Assembly: GCA_038227045.1 (NCBI GenBank)
Contig: JBBRQD010000010.1
Location: forward strand, 2,868-66,867
Reading direction: 5' to 3'
Origin: Planctomycetota bacterium
GTDB taxonomy: Bacteria > Planctomycetota > SZUA-567 > H5-PLA8
DNA length: 64,000 nucleotides
The position numbers and the translations under genes were made by a program. The notes beneath the pieces were generated by a model that did no database searches, was not told the DNA's origin, and saw only the letters and a program-made list of their open reading frames with translations. This document shows positions 8,739-17,017 of the stretch, one piece after another; position 1 is the first letter of the stretch; the number at the start of each line of letters is the position of its first letter.

Positions 8739-10688
8739 GTGAATCATCATCCTTCCACAATCGCTGTGGTCGTATTTCTGATCTTCGTCGGCTCGGTGCT
8801 GGGCTTGAGTTTTTTTCTCGGCGGCAAAGCCAAATCCGCGAAGGGCTACTACGCGGCTCACGGCGGCGTGCCGTGGTTTATTAACGGTATCGCGTTCGCT
8901 GGTGACTACCTCTCGGCCGCGTCGTTCCTGGGCATCTGCGGCATGATCGCCGGCTACGGCTACGATGGCTTCCTTTATTCCATCGGTTATCTCGCGGGCT
9001 GGGTTGTGGCCTTGTTCGTGATCGCAGAGCCGCTGAAACGCCTCGGGCGATTCACGTTCGCCGACGCGCTCGACAACAAATTCAATTCGCGCGGCATCAA
9101 ACTCGCGGCGGCGATCAGCACGCTTGTGGTCAGCCTGTTTTATTTAATTCCACAAATGTCGGGGGCGGGCGCGCTGGTCAAGCCGTTGTTGGGCCTTGAG
9201 CACTGGCAGGGCGTGGTGCTGGTGGGCGTTATCGTGATCACCATCGTCACCACGGCGGGCATGGTTTCGACGACGTACGTTCAGTTCATCAAGGGCTCGT
9301 TGCTCGTCATTTTTTGCACGATTTTGACAGTCATGATCTTAAACCGCGGCCTGACGACGAAGCCAAACTACGTCCCGGAAACGTATCGCGATTACCGGCG
9401 CGACGTACCGGCCTCTGAACTGGCCAAGGACGAATCGCTCAAATTGATCCCCGCCGAAGGCGCGTGGGCGCAGTTGCCTTACGTTCGCTTTAAGAACGAA
9501 AAAATGGACTCCGTCGAAATCTGGCGCAAGGGCGGTGCAAACGGAGATTTGTTGAGCGAAACGCAATCCGAATTGACCGTAATCGTCAAGCAAAGCGACA
9601 ATACGACGATAGTGAAGAAATTCGTCAATGGCTGTCATCTCGAAAAGGGCCAACCAGGCGCTGCGGAGATTCAAGCCGTGGGTGCCGTCGCGACGCTTCC
9701 GAACGGCAAGAGCGAGACGGGACCGCTCGGCCCGATGGAATTCTTTACCACCTTCTCCGGCAGCAAAATCGCGCAGTGGACCAAAGAAAAAGATCCGGTC
9801 AAAGACGCGGGGGGCGAGACGACCATCTATTATCAAAAACTCACCGATGGCAGCGACCTGCTGCTGCCCGGAAATTCCCCGACATTCAAAGGTCTCAAAA
9901 GCGAAAAACTGGCCGACAAGCTGAACTTCATTTCGCTGATGCTGGCGCTCTTCTGCGGCACCGCATCGCTGCCGCATATTCTCATCCGCTACTACACGGT
10001 GAAGGACCAGGCGAGCGCGCGCAAGAGCACCGTGGTGGGCATTGCCAGCATCGGTTTCTTCTACATCCTGACCTTCTTTCTGGGCCTCGGCGCGATGACC
10101 AGCGGGGCGATCGATCCGACCGACGCGACCAACAACATGGCCGCGCCGCTGCTTTCGAAAACCTTCGGCCAATTGCCCTTCGCGATGATCTCGGCGATCG
10201 CGTTCACGACCGTGCTGGGCACGGTCAGCGGTCTGATCATTGCCGCCAGCGGCGCGGTCGCGCACGACCTGATGACTAATTTCCTGAAGTACGATTTGAA
10301 CGATCATGAAAAAGTGCGCGCTGGCAAACTCGCGGCGGTGGTCGTCGGAATCCTCGCGATCGTTCTGGGAATCCTTTTCAAGAATTTCAACGTCACGTTC
10401 CTGGTCGGCTGGGCATTCAACGTGGCCGCCTCGGCGAATCTGCCTGCGCTGATCATGCTGCTGTTCTGGAAGGGCACCACGAAGCAAGGGATCACGTGGG
10501 GAATATTCGCGGGCCTGATCTCATCGCTGGTCTGGATCTTCCTGAGCGGCGATGCATACGAAAAACTATACGGCTTGAAGACGGCCGCGCCGATGCCCTT
10601 CAACCAACCCGGCCTCGTGACCATTCCGCTGGGATTCGCGGTGTTGATTGTCGTGTCGCTGCTGACACAGAAAAAAGAGACGGCGTGA
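8739..10688 (+). CDS. actP: sodium:solute symporter family, cation/acetate symporter ActP-like, with a large hydrophilic insertion
   Basis: 649-aa polytopic ORF (GTG start) following DUF485. SSS-family look throughout. Residues ~205-395 are hydrophilic and non-membrane. Confidence 0.7.
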   Translation: MNHHPSTIAVVVFLIFVGSVLGLSFFLGGKAKSAKGYYAAHGGVPWFINGIAFAGDYLSAASFLGICGMIAGYGYDGFLYSIGYLAGWVVALFVIAEPLKRLGRFTFADALDNKFNSRGIKLAAAISTLVVSLFYLIPQMSGAGALVKPLLGLEHWQGVVLVGVIVITIVTTAGMVSTTYVQFIKGSLLVIFCTILTVMILNRGLTTKPNYVPETYRDYRRDVPASELAKDESLKLIPAEGAWAQLPYVRFKNEKMDSVEIWRKGGANGDLLSETQSELTVIVKQSDNTTIVKKFVNGCHLEKGQPGAAEIQAVGAVATLPNGKSETGPLGPMEFFTTFSGSKIAQWTKEKDPVKDAGGETTIYYQKLTDGSDLLLPGNSPTFKGLKSEKLADKLNFISLMLALFCGTASLPHILIRYYTVKDQASARKSTVVGIASIGFFYILTFFLGLGAMTSGAIDPTDATNNMAAPLLSKTFGQLPFAMISAIAFTTVLGTVSGLIIAASGAVAHDLMTNFLKYDLNDHEKVRAGKLAAVVVGILAIVLGILFKNFNVTFLVGWAFNVAASANLPALIMLLFWKGTTKQGITWGIFAGLISSLVWIFLSGDAYEKLYGLKTAAPMPFNQPGLVTIPLGFAVLIVVSLLTQKKETA

Positions 10689-11038
10689 ATTTTCCTTCCG
10701 ACGCCCCGGTCACGCCTGCTAAACTCGACGCCTTGCGCGCGCAGCTAACAATGCTGAATGTCGAACTTGAACGCGTCGACGAACAAGCCGTCAAGGGCAG
10801 CGGGCCCGGCGGACAGAAGGTCAACAAAACCTCCAGCGGCGTTCTGCTGCGCTACGATCTCAACGGAGAAATAATCGTCGTCAAATGGGCGCGCGAACGT
10901 TCGCGTTCGTTGAATCGATTTCTGGCGTTGCGGGAACTGGCGGATGAAATTGAAGTGCGCATCTCGCCGGAAACGAGCGGGCGGTTGAAAGAGATCGAGA
11001 AGATTCGGAAGCAGAAGGATCGACGGCGGCGGCGGTGA
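10685..11038 (+). CDS. GGQ-motif RF-1-domain protein (ArfB/peptidyl-tRNA hydrolase-like ribosome rescue factor)
   Basis: GSGPGGQKVNKTSSGV motif plus a basic C-terminal tail KIRKQKDRRRRR. In-frame GTG 10685 overlaps the actP stop (GTGA). The longer ORF from 10496 would lie inside actP. Confidence 0.65.
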   Translation: MNFPSDAPVTPAKLDALRAQLTMLNVELERVDEQAVKGSGPGGQKVNKTSSGVLLRYDLNGEIIVVKWARERSRSLNRFLALRELADEIEVRISPETSGRLKEIEKIRKQKDRRRRR

Positions 11039-11106
11039 ACGTCGATCCTTGGATTCCTGCGATGTGATCGCAGAAATGCAAGGATCGCATTATCTCGAAA
11101 AATTGC

Positions 11107-13098
11107 TCATTCCCCCGCCGCCGCGCTCGGCGGGAACGTCCAGTTCTTCGCGTACTTCATATCGCGCGCTTCGCCGTTCAGAGCCGCCGCGACCATTGCT
11201 TCTTTCTTTTCATACAGCGGGCTCTTTTCGCACGCGTCGCAGATGAAGCACGGCGTCTCTTCGCTGGGATTGGTGTCCGCGCACGACACCGTTATGCGCT
11301 CCTGCTCGGCACGTTTGAGCTCGCGCTTCAGGAACGCTTCGCTGACCGTGTCGTTGACCACCACCCACGGCAGGATTTCGTCGAGGCGCCGTTCGCGCAG
11401 TCCGATCCAGTCGGCGTCCATTTGGAAATGCGCGAACGCTTCCATCCAGATGTCCAGTTTAAGATGTTCCGTCCAGGCGTCGAAGCGCGCGCCGTTGCGC
11501 CAGGCGCGTTCGATCGCTTGTCCCAGGCGCCGATCGCCGCGCGACAAGATGCCTTCGAGATAACTCGTCTCGGGATCGTGAACTTTGACCTTCACCGTCT
11601 TGACCTTCGAACTGTCGCGGATGATTTTCTGCCGGCGCTTCCATTCGTCGCGCGAGAGCATCGGCGCCCATTGGAACGGCGTGCCGCACTTCGGCACGAA
11701 ACTCGACACGCTCGCCGAGACCTTCGCCGAACCGCGGCCGAGTTTCGTGCGCAGCATCGCCACCTGGTCGCTCAAGCGCCCGATGGCGCGCAGATCGTCG
11801 TCGGTTTCGCCGGGCAGACCGCACATGAAATAGAGCTTCACGTGATCGTATCCGACTTTAAATGCCTGGAGGCAACCCTCGAGCAGATGATCGTCGCGCA
11901 CCGGCTTGTTGATGATGTTGCGCAGCCGCTCGCTGGCCGCTTCCGGCGCGATGGTCAGGCCACCCTTGCGCACGCGCCCCATTTCTTTCGGGAGCGTCGC
12001 GAGCACCGTGCCGATGCGCAGACTGGGCAGCGACACGCCGACGCCTCGCTCCTCGAAATAATTGTTAAGCTGATTCGCCAGGTCCGTGATGCCAAAGTAG
12101 TCGCTCGACGAGAGGCTCAGCAGGCCGATTTCGTCGTAGCCGGTCTCTTCGAAACCCGCTTTGGCCAACGCCATGATGGTCTCGGGCGAGCGCTGGCGTT
12201 GCGTGCGCGTAATCATTCCTGCCTGGCAGAAGCGGCAGCCATTGACGCAGCCGCGCATGATCTCGATGGCGAAGCGTTCGTGCACGGTCTCTACGTAGCT
12301 GACGATCTGCTTCGTCGGAAACGGCGCTTTGTCGAAATCCGCGACCATGCGGCGCTTCACCGGAAACGGCAGGCGCGCGCGCAGCGGCACCACGTCGGCG
12401 ATAGTGTTGTCCGGGAAATATTGGAATTGATAGAAGCGCGGCACGTACACGCCCGGCACTTCGCGGCAGAGCCGGTACAACAGCGTGTCGCGGTCGAGGC
12501 CCAGCGCTTTGAGTTCCGTAATTTTCTGGGTGACGTCGATGGCCAGTTCTTCGCCTTCGCCGATGCAAAACGCGTCGATGTAGTCGGCGATCGGCTCCGG
12601 CGCGAACGCGGTGTGGCCGCCCATGATGACGATGGGATCACGCATCGTCCGATCCTCGGTCTTCAACGGAATGCCGGCCAGGTCGAGCATCGTCAAAATG
12701 TTCGTGAATCCGCCTTCATACGCGACGGAGAACGCCAGAACATCAAAATCGTGAACGGGCGTGAACGTCTCGAGCGTGTACAGCGGAACGCGGTGTTCGC
12801 GCATGCGCTTTTCCATGTCCGGCCAAGGCGTAAAGACACGCTCGCAGACGGTGTCGTCGCGCAGATTCCAGCAATGATAAAGCACCTTCATGCCCAGCGA
12901 CGACATGCCCAGCGCATACGTGTCGGGCATGCCGAAGGCGATCTTCGTTTTGACCGTCGAATGATCTTTGACGATCTGATTGAGTTCGCCGCCCGTGTAT
13001 TGCGCGGGCATGTCGACATGCGGTAAGAGATGCGCGCCGACGTAGCGGCGCAGCGCGTCGTTGCGAAGTGCTATGGCGTTGGGTGGAAGTGCGGACAT
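11107..13098 (-). CDS. radical SAM protein with N-terminal B12-binding-like domain (uncharacterised TIGR03960-like family)
   Basis: 663-aa ORF with CxxxCxxC cluster motif RGCVNGCRFCQAG. Extra C-terminal Cys cluster CADTNPSEETPCFICDAC. Confidence 0.75.
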   Translation of the reverse strand: MSALPPNAIALRNDALRRYVGAHLLPHVDMPAQYTGGELNQIVKDHSTVKTKIAFGMPDTYALGMSSLGMKVLYHCWNLRDDTVCERVFTPWPDMEKRMREHRVPLYTLETFTPVHDFDVLAFSVAYEGGFTNILTMLDLAGIPLKTEDRTMRDPIVIMGGHTAFAPEPIADYIDAFCIGEGEELAIDVTQKITELKALGLDRDTLLYRLCREVPGVYVPRFYQFQYFPDNTIADVVPLRARLPFPVKRRMVADFDKAPFPTKQIVSYVETVHERFAIEIMRGCVNGCRFCQAGMITRTQRQRSPETIMALAKAGFEETGYDEIGLLSLSSSDYFGITDLANQLNNYFEERGVGVSLPSLRIGTVLATLPKEMGRVRKGGLTIAPEAASERLRNIINKPVRDDHLLEGCLQAFKVGYDHVKLYFMCGLPGETDDDLRAIGRLSDQVAMLRTKLGRGSAKVSASVSSFVPKCGTPFQWAPMLSRDEWKRRQKIIRDSSKVKTVKVKVHDPETSYLEGILSRGDRRLGQAIERAWRNGARFDAWTEHLKLDIWMEAFAHFQMDADWIGLRERRLDEILPWVVVNDTVSEAFLKRELKRAEQERITVSCADTNPSEETPCFICDACEKSPLYEKKEAMVAAALNGEARDMKYAKNWTFPPSAAAGE

Positions 13099-13197
13099 AG
13101 TGCAATCGTTTCACGAAGAGGCCGGCAAGCAGCCGTGCCTGCCAATCGAAGCGGCATCTTAACCGGAGAAAAGTGCGGATAAACGAAATAACCGGCG

Positions 13198-15690
13198 CTA
13201 ATTTTGCGCCGTAATCGGAGCGCCAACGGGCACGGGCGTGGATGCGGTGGAAGGCGGCGCCGCTTTTGTTGTGATGCCGCGCGTCAGGAAATCAGTGAAT
13301 TCCTTTACATCCTGCGTGAAGCCTTTGGGAAACGTGACAACTTCATTGCCGTCCGGATTGACGATCACATAAAAAGGCAGCGTCTCTTTCTGGAAACGCT
13401 CCTTCTGATCCCGGGCATTTTTATCGCTGCGTGCACTGGATGCGTCGTCGTCCCGCACGTCGGTGTACAGCCGGATCACGACGAAATTATTGAGCAGATC
13501 CTCGACTTCCTTTTTCTTGAACATACTGCCCTCCATCAAGCGGCAGTTCACGCATGTCCGTCCAGTGAAGTCGAAAAAAACCGGCTTGCCGGCTTTGCGC
13601 GCGGCGGCAATTCCCGATTCCCAATCGTCCGTATCTTTGGGTGGATATTCTCTGGGCGGAAGGGTCGAGTCTACAAAATCGCCAAGAGTCGCATGATATC
13701 CCGCCAGGTCGGCAACCAGCAGACCGGCGATAATTATGAAGACGCCTGCGAAGGCCATGCGCGCAAAGCCGCGTTTCTTCAACGGCGTGTCATGCGGGAA
13801 ACGGATGACGCCGAACAGATAGGCGACGGAAGCGGCTGCGATAATGAGCCATATAATTACGAACGCCTGATGCGTCAAAATTCCCCAGTGCCAGACGAGA
13901 TCGGCGCTGCTCAAAAATTTCAACGCGGCGGCGATCTCCACCAGGCCCATGACCACTTTTACCGAATTCAACCATCCGCCGGATTTCGGCAGTGTCTTCA
14001 GCGCTGTTGGAAACAGCGCGAGCAGGAAAAATGGCGCGGCGAATACCATCGCGAAGACGGTCGTTCCAAGCAGCGGCCAGACCCAGTTGCCTCCATTTAC
14101 CGCCCACACCATCACCGTGCCGATAAACGGACCGGTGCAAGTAAAGGACGTCATCGAGAAAACCAATCCCATCAAAAGCAGCGACAACACACTGTTGCCC
14201 TTGCTCGCTTTCTTGTTCAGCGCGTTCAATATTCCCGAAGGAATCGCCAGTTCGTAATAGCCGAGCAGATTGCCGGCCATCACCATGAACACGACGAAGA
14301 TGCCTAAATTGACCCACGGATTCGCCGCGAGATTCCGCACGCTTTGACCCATTACTAGCGCAAGAAAGAAGCCAAGCCCGACGAACGTGAACACAATGCC
14401 CGCGGAAAAAATCAATGCGTCGCGAACCGCGTGCGCGTGCGACACATGTTCGCGCTTGGTGAAGAAACTGACCGTGATCGGGATCATCGGAAACACGCAG
14501 GGCGTCAGCAGCGAAATCAATCCGTAAAACGCCGCCGTCCACAGAAATGCCCAAAGACCCTTGTCTTGCGTGATGTCGTCATCCGTCGTCGCCGCAATTG
14601 CCATCGCTTTGCCTTCTACGATCGTAAGTTCTGCTTCCACTGAGCCGCTTATTTCCTTGCAGACTTTTTGCCCCACGTCCCTGCACGCCTGCGATCGGAT
14701 CCGGAGATTCAGCGGGTATGTTCCCGCCTTGAGTTTCGCGTCGACGAACACTGGGATCGTAAAAACGACCGCGTCTACGAAAGTCTTGATTTGGATATCG
14801 TGCCCGGAGTTCTGGTTATGTTCGAACACGATGACGGGGTCGCGATCCATGGTGATTTTCGAATTGGCAATCGCGCCCAGCACAACGCCCTTTGGCTTGT
14901 CCGTTTCACCTTTCTTCTCGGAATCTTTCGGAATAAAGGGATCAATTGAAAACGCAGTTACGGCGATGAATTGGAAATCCGGGCCCGTTCCGTGCATTGG
15001 GGCAAACGTGTGCCACCCATTCTCGATCATGCACTTGACATGAATCTCGACCAGCTCGCCGGGATGAAGCGCCAGTTTGCGCTGGCTGTCGGCAAGCGTC
15101 CATTCGAGTTCGCGATGGAGGGCGCCGGACACAGTCGTGAAGGTAAAATCCGTCGCGGCATTACTTACTTTTTTTTTTAGAAAAACGATCGGCGTCAACT
15201 GAGTCGTCGTTTCAGGGAGGCACGTATTTTTGTCGCACATGGTGGACAGAATCTGGATGGACAGTTTGATATCCGTCGTGGCAGTGGCGGCAATTTTGAT
15301 CGGCAGCGCAATGATCACGGTATTTTCAAATGCCAGGATTTTGTTGCCGAATGCCTTGGTACTTTCTTCATCGACGTGCGGCGCAGGATCGTAAGTCACG
15401 TCTGCTTCAACCAGGCTGGCCGTTTCCTTCGGCTCGATTTTGACTTTCGTCGAGGACGGACCCATTCCCGCCTTGTATTTCGTCAACGTATACGTGTGAT
15501 AGTTCTTTGGAATTTCGCCTTTGACATGAACAATCACCGTTGCACCGGGTTGACCTTCGACTTCCTGCTCTACAAGAGTCCACGTAACGCCCGCTGGCTT
15601 TTCGCTGCCGAGCGACAGCGCATGAGCCGGCGCCTGGACGATGGCAAGGGTGATCGCGCAGAGCGCGGAAAGGCTGTAGTAAGACCGCAT
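13198..15690 (-). CDS. DsbD-family thiol:disulfide interchange protein (extended N-terminal periplasmic region, DsbD TM core, C-terminal thioredoxin fold)
   Basis: Start set to ATG 15690 (MRSYYSLSALCAITLAIVQAPAHA signal). TM-core cysteines LTPCVFPMIP and SFTCTGPF. Thioredoxin-like FTGRTCVNCRLME. Confidence 0.75.
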   Translation of the reverse strand: MRSYYSLSALCAITLAIVQAPAHALSLGSEKPAGVTWTLVEQEVEGQPGATVIVHVKGEIPKNYHTYTLTKYKAGMGPSSTKVKIEPKETASLVEADVTYDPAPHVDEESTKAFGNKILAFENTVIIALPIKIAATATTDIKLSIQILSTMCDKNTCLPETTTQLTPIVFLKKKVSNAATDFTFTTVSGALHRELEWTLADSQRKLALHPGELVEIHVKCMIENGWHTFAPMHGTGPDFQFIAVTAFSIDPFIPKDSEKKGETDKPKGVVLGAIANSKITMDRDPVIVFEHNQNSGHDIQIKTFVDAVVFTIPVFVDAKLKAGTYPLNLRIRSQACRDVGQKVCKEISGSVEAELTIVEGKAMAIAATTDDDITQDKGLWAFLWTAAFYGLISLLTPCVFPMIPITVSFFTKREHVSHAHAVRDALIFSAGIVFTFVGLGFFLALVMGQSVRNLAANPWVNLGIFVVFMVMAGNLLGYYELAIPSGILNALNKKASKGNSVLSLLLMGLVFSMTSFTCTGPFIGTVMVWAVNGGNWVWPLLGTTVFAMVFAAPFFLLALFPTALKTLPKSGGWLNSVKVVMGLVEIAAALKFLSSADLVWHWGILTHQAFVIIWLIIAAASVAYLFGVIRFPHDTPLKKRGFARMAFAGVFIIIAGLLVADLAGYHATLGDFVDSTLPPREYPPKDTDDWESGIAAARKAGKPVFFDFTGRTCVNCRLMEGSMFKKKEVEDLLNNFVVIRLYTDVRDDDASSARSDKNARDQKERFQKETLPFYVIVNPDGNEVVTFPKGFTQDVKEFTDFLTRGITTKAAPPSTASTPVPVGAPITAQN

Positions 15691-16103
15691 AAACAGAATA
15701 TTCCTGTCCTTTTCTCCACACGAACCGTGGCGCAATCGCGTTGTGCTATTTCAACGATGTGTTAGAGACGCCAAAGTATTCCCTTTTATCGACAAAAATC
15801 AAATCTTTCCGAAAGAAAAGTAAACCTTCTGCAAGAGTAACGACGAAAAAAGCCTTCAACTCAATGCGTTCTTTTGAATGCCGCCTTACAATATAATGAT
15901 TATCGATACGACTTCAAGATGAAGAGCAGGGGACGGAAACGCCGGTGGAAATCGAGCTGCCTGCGTCATCCACTTGCGATCGTTCCACTCGCCCCGCTCC
16001 GTATTCATTCTTCCCTCCCCCAAACCGTCCTTTGCGAACCTCAGCGCCCTCAATGTGGTGAAAAATTTCTTGCAAGCGCGCGAAAGTGCGTTAGTAAACA
16101 GGC

Positions 16104-17003
16104 ATGGCAACGACTCCGTCCACCCCCGGCGGCAATCCGCCCTCGTCCGGCAACGGCAAACAACCGCCGCCCCCCAACAAACCGCGCGCTACCATTGTAT
16201 TGAAGAAAGGCGGCAGTTCACCCGTTATAACTCCCGCGTCCGGCGCATCGCCAGGCAATCCGCAACGACCGGTGGCTCCGCAGCAACCCGGAAACCCGAG
16301 ACAGTCCGCGCGCCGGCCCGCGGTCCAGATTCAGGCGGATCGCGAAGCGCTCGGATTGTCCGCGGCGCGGCCGTCCGAAATGGTCGCCGGTTTGGATGAA
16401 GCCGTCAAGCGCGCCGAAGCGCTGGCCAATCGCGAGGAAGCCAAGCGCAGATCCGGCGGAAAGCTCAATGCCAACGTCGCGCTGCATGTCGACGACACCG
16501 GCAAAAAATGGGCGCTCTGGGTGCGCATGGGCATCGCCGCCGCAGCGGTGGCTGTGTGCGTCGCCGGCTACTTCATGCTGTACAAATCCAATCACGTCGA
16601 GCTCAATCCGCGCGTCAAATTGGCGGAGACGCGCGACGCGTTGAACACGCTGGAAATCGCCGCGAAAGACATGCAGCCCTTCGAATCGAGCGATGCCCCC
16701 ACGGCGCAAACCGCGAAAGAGCGTTTGAGAAAGAGTCTCGATGCGCAGTTGGACGTGGTGAAAAAATCGATCCAGAAAGACCGTGAGTCGGGCCGAAATC
16801 CCGACAAGGCGCTGATCATCAAGCGCGACTTCCTCGAAAAATTGATGCAATTCAAAGACGGCTGGGACAAGCCGTTCGAATTCTCCGTGACGGGCGGCGA
16901 ACTCGCCATTCGGTCCACCTCGCAGGCCGAGGGCGTTCCTGCCGAGCCGGTTAAAATCCGCATTACCGGAAGCGCCGGCAAGACCGAAAAGGAAGACAAA
17001 TAA
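16104..17003 (+). CDS. hypothetical bitopic protein (Pro-rich N-terminus, one TM, C-terminal pseudopilin-like segment)
   Basis: 299-aa ORF with low-complexity PPPPNKP/PGNP region, TM helix WALWVRMGIAAAAVAVCVAGYFMLY and C-terminal KDGWDKPFEF. Confidence 0.55.
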   Translation: MATTPSTPGGNPPSSGNGKQPPPPNKPRATIVLKKGGSSPVITPASGASPGNPQRPVAPQQPGNPRQSARRPAVQIQADREALGLSAARPSEMVAGLDEAVKRAEALANREEAKRRSGGKLNANVALHVDDTGKKWALWVRMGIAAAAVAVCVAGYFMLYKSNHVELNPRVKLAETRDALNTLEIAAKDMQPFESSDAPTAQTAKERLRKSLDAQLDVVKKSIQKDRESGRNPDKALIIKRDFLEKLMQFKDGWDKPFEFSVTGGELAIRSTSQAEGVPAEPVKIRITGSAGKTEKEDK

Positions 17004-17017
17004 TCCGCGGTTTTTCG

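Noticed and set aside
9339-10487. 382-aa minus-strand ORF
   Set aside because: It is antisense to the ActP-like symporter. It is Arg/Gln/Asp-rich, whereas the sense frame has coherent TM helices.
10496-10684. Upstream extension of the GGQ-protein ORF
   Set aside because: It lies inside the actP coding region in another frame. The GGQ domain begins after the in-frame GTG at 10685.
11422-13026. 534-aa plus-strand ORF
   Set aside because: It is antisense to the radical SAM gene, which carries the CxxxCxxC motif. The composition is Arg/Ala/His-rich, as expected of a shadow ORF.
13204-14307. 367-aa plus-strand ORF
   Set aside because: It is antisense to the DsbD-like gene, whose membrane core and CxxC motifs are convincing.
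15736-16103. 368-nt divergent intergenic region as a candidate for a structured RNA (RNase P/SRP/6S) or tRNA
   Set aside because: I found no conserved boxes or cloverleaf. It contains only weak -35/-10-like hexamers (for example, ttgcaa-16-tagtaa at 16066-16093). The ORFs 15874-16203 and 15886-16110 have no support.
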